64,000 nucleotides of DNA from Patescibacteria group bacterium (lineage in GTDB: Bacteria; Patescibacteriota; Doudnabacteria; UBA920). Position 1 is the stretch's first letter, and the number at the start of each line of letters is the position of its first letter. Both the position numbers and the translations under genes were made by a program. The stretch covers positions 27,924 to 91,923 of the forward strand of contig WARV01000005.1 in the NCBI GenBank assembly GCA_013387205.1. The letters are read 5' to 3'. A model generated the notes under the pieces. The model saw nothing but the letters and a program-made list of their open reading frames with translations, did no database searches and was not told the DNA's origin. Below are positions 63,547 through 64,000 of this stretch, piece by piece.

Positions 63547-64000
63547 ATGGCAAAAAAATTTTTTGTTTTGAGTTTGTTCGCTTGTTTGTGTGTGTTTTCC
63601 ACGGCCAAAGCCGCGGAATTCATTGCCGCGCCAAAAGGCCAACCAAATATAACCTTGGGCGCGTCCGAAACGCATAAAAACCTTTACGCGGCAGGAGGCA
63701 GCGTTAATGTAAACAGCGCTACGCTGGGTGACTTATACGTTGCCGGCGGAACCATTAATGCCGACGGTCCGGTTGAGCAGGACTCCAGCATTGCCGGCGG
63801 AACCGTAACAACTAGCGGCACAATTGGCGGCGACTTGAGAATTGGCGGCGGCAATATAACCGTTAACAGCGCGGTTGGCGGCGACGTTTTGGTGGGCGGC
63901 GGCAATATTACCATTTCTGATAAATCAAACGTTGGCGGTGATTTGGTAATTGGCGGAGGAAATGTGGTTGTTGATGCTCCTGTCAAAGGCAATGTAAAAA
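63547..64000 (+). CDS. Secreted beta-helix repeat protein (bactofilin/adhesin-like GG-x-I/V repeats), 3' truncated by the window end
   Basis: Signal peptide MAKKFFVLSLFACLCVFSTAKA, then degenerate ~20-aa repeats (LYVAGGTINADG, LRIGGGNITVNS, VLVGGGNITISD, LVIGGGNVVVDA). It is absent from the track because no stop codon falls inside the window. Confidence 0.5.
   Translation, partial: MAKKFFVLSLFACLCVFSTAKAAEFIAAPKGQPNITLGASETHKNLYAAGGSVNVNSATLGDLYVAGGTINADGPVEQDSSIAGGTVTTSGTIGGDLRIGGGNITVNSAVGGDVLVGGGNITISDKSNVGGDLVIGGGNVVVDAPVKGNVK

Noticed and set aside
63684-63992. Track ORF 63684-63992 (-), 102 aa (Pro/Thr-rich)
   Set aside because: It is antisense to the GG-repeat secreted protein on the plus strand. 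The plus-strand frame has a signal peptide and a coherent repeat structure. The minus frame is an artefact of the GC-rich codon repeats.
1-64000. CRISPR array
   Set aside because: The many repeats are palindromic units, MITE-like elements and inverted 7-mer arrays. None shows regularly spaced identical direct repeats separated by unique spacers, and no cas genes are present.

Overview
This AT-rich, gene-dense bacterial segment holds about 85 supportable CDS, 2 tRNAs, one tRNA-like fragment and at least four families of intergenic repeats. The conserved backbone resembles a small-genome Patescibacteria/CPR-like organism; that taxonomic call is inference only. Backbone genes include the start of a dcw cluster (mraZ, rsmH, an ftsL-like gene, ftsI), a type IV pilin, msrA, queH, a YhhQ-type transporter, mltG, hisS, pcm, two Nudix genes, a PfkB kinase and a GDPD. 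Accessory blocks sit between them: (1) a Hachiman-like hamA/hamB pair (32408-35700) beside mltG; (2) two separate modules with a C-terminal HEPN-like Rx4H motif (28878-31316 and 41909-44619); (3) an ~11.5 kb phage-like integrated element (about 37.6-49.1 kb) ending at tRNA-Gln, carrying a large serine recombinase, TerS and TerL, three DNA methyltransferases (one fused to ParB), a candidate type II R-M pair, a UDG-superfamily protein and a standalone SIR2-like protein, but no virion structural genes; (4) a RelE/Phd toxin-antitoxin pair with RadC; (5) an extremely AT-rich two-gene islet (17380-18551) with a PD-(D/E)xK-like protein. Several genes are GC-rich relative to the background, including the 468-aa orphan, the M28 peptidase, the 14094-15323 membrane protein and the Zn-ribbon/Ig-like proteins. 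The non-coding DNA is unusually structured. There is a MITE-like element with terminal inverted repeats (four full copies in two size classes plus a remnant), a GTCATTGCGAG...CTCGCAATGAC palindromic-unit family at eight or more loci, 'word-palindrome' arrays built from inverted 7-mers at six loci, and a shared 30-bp hairpin. No CRISPR array is present. All product calls come from motif recognition by eye, with no database searches.
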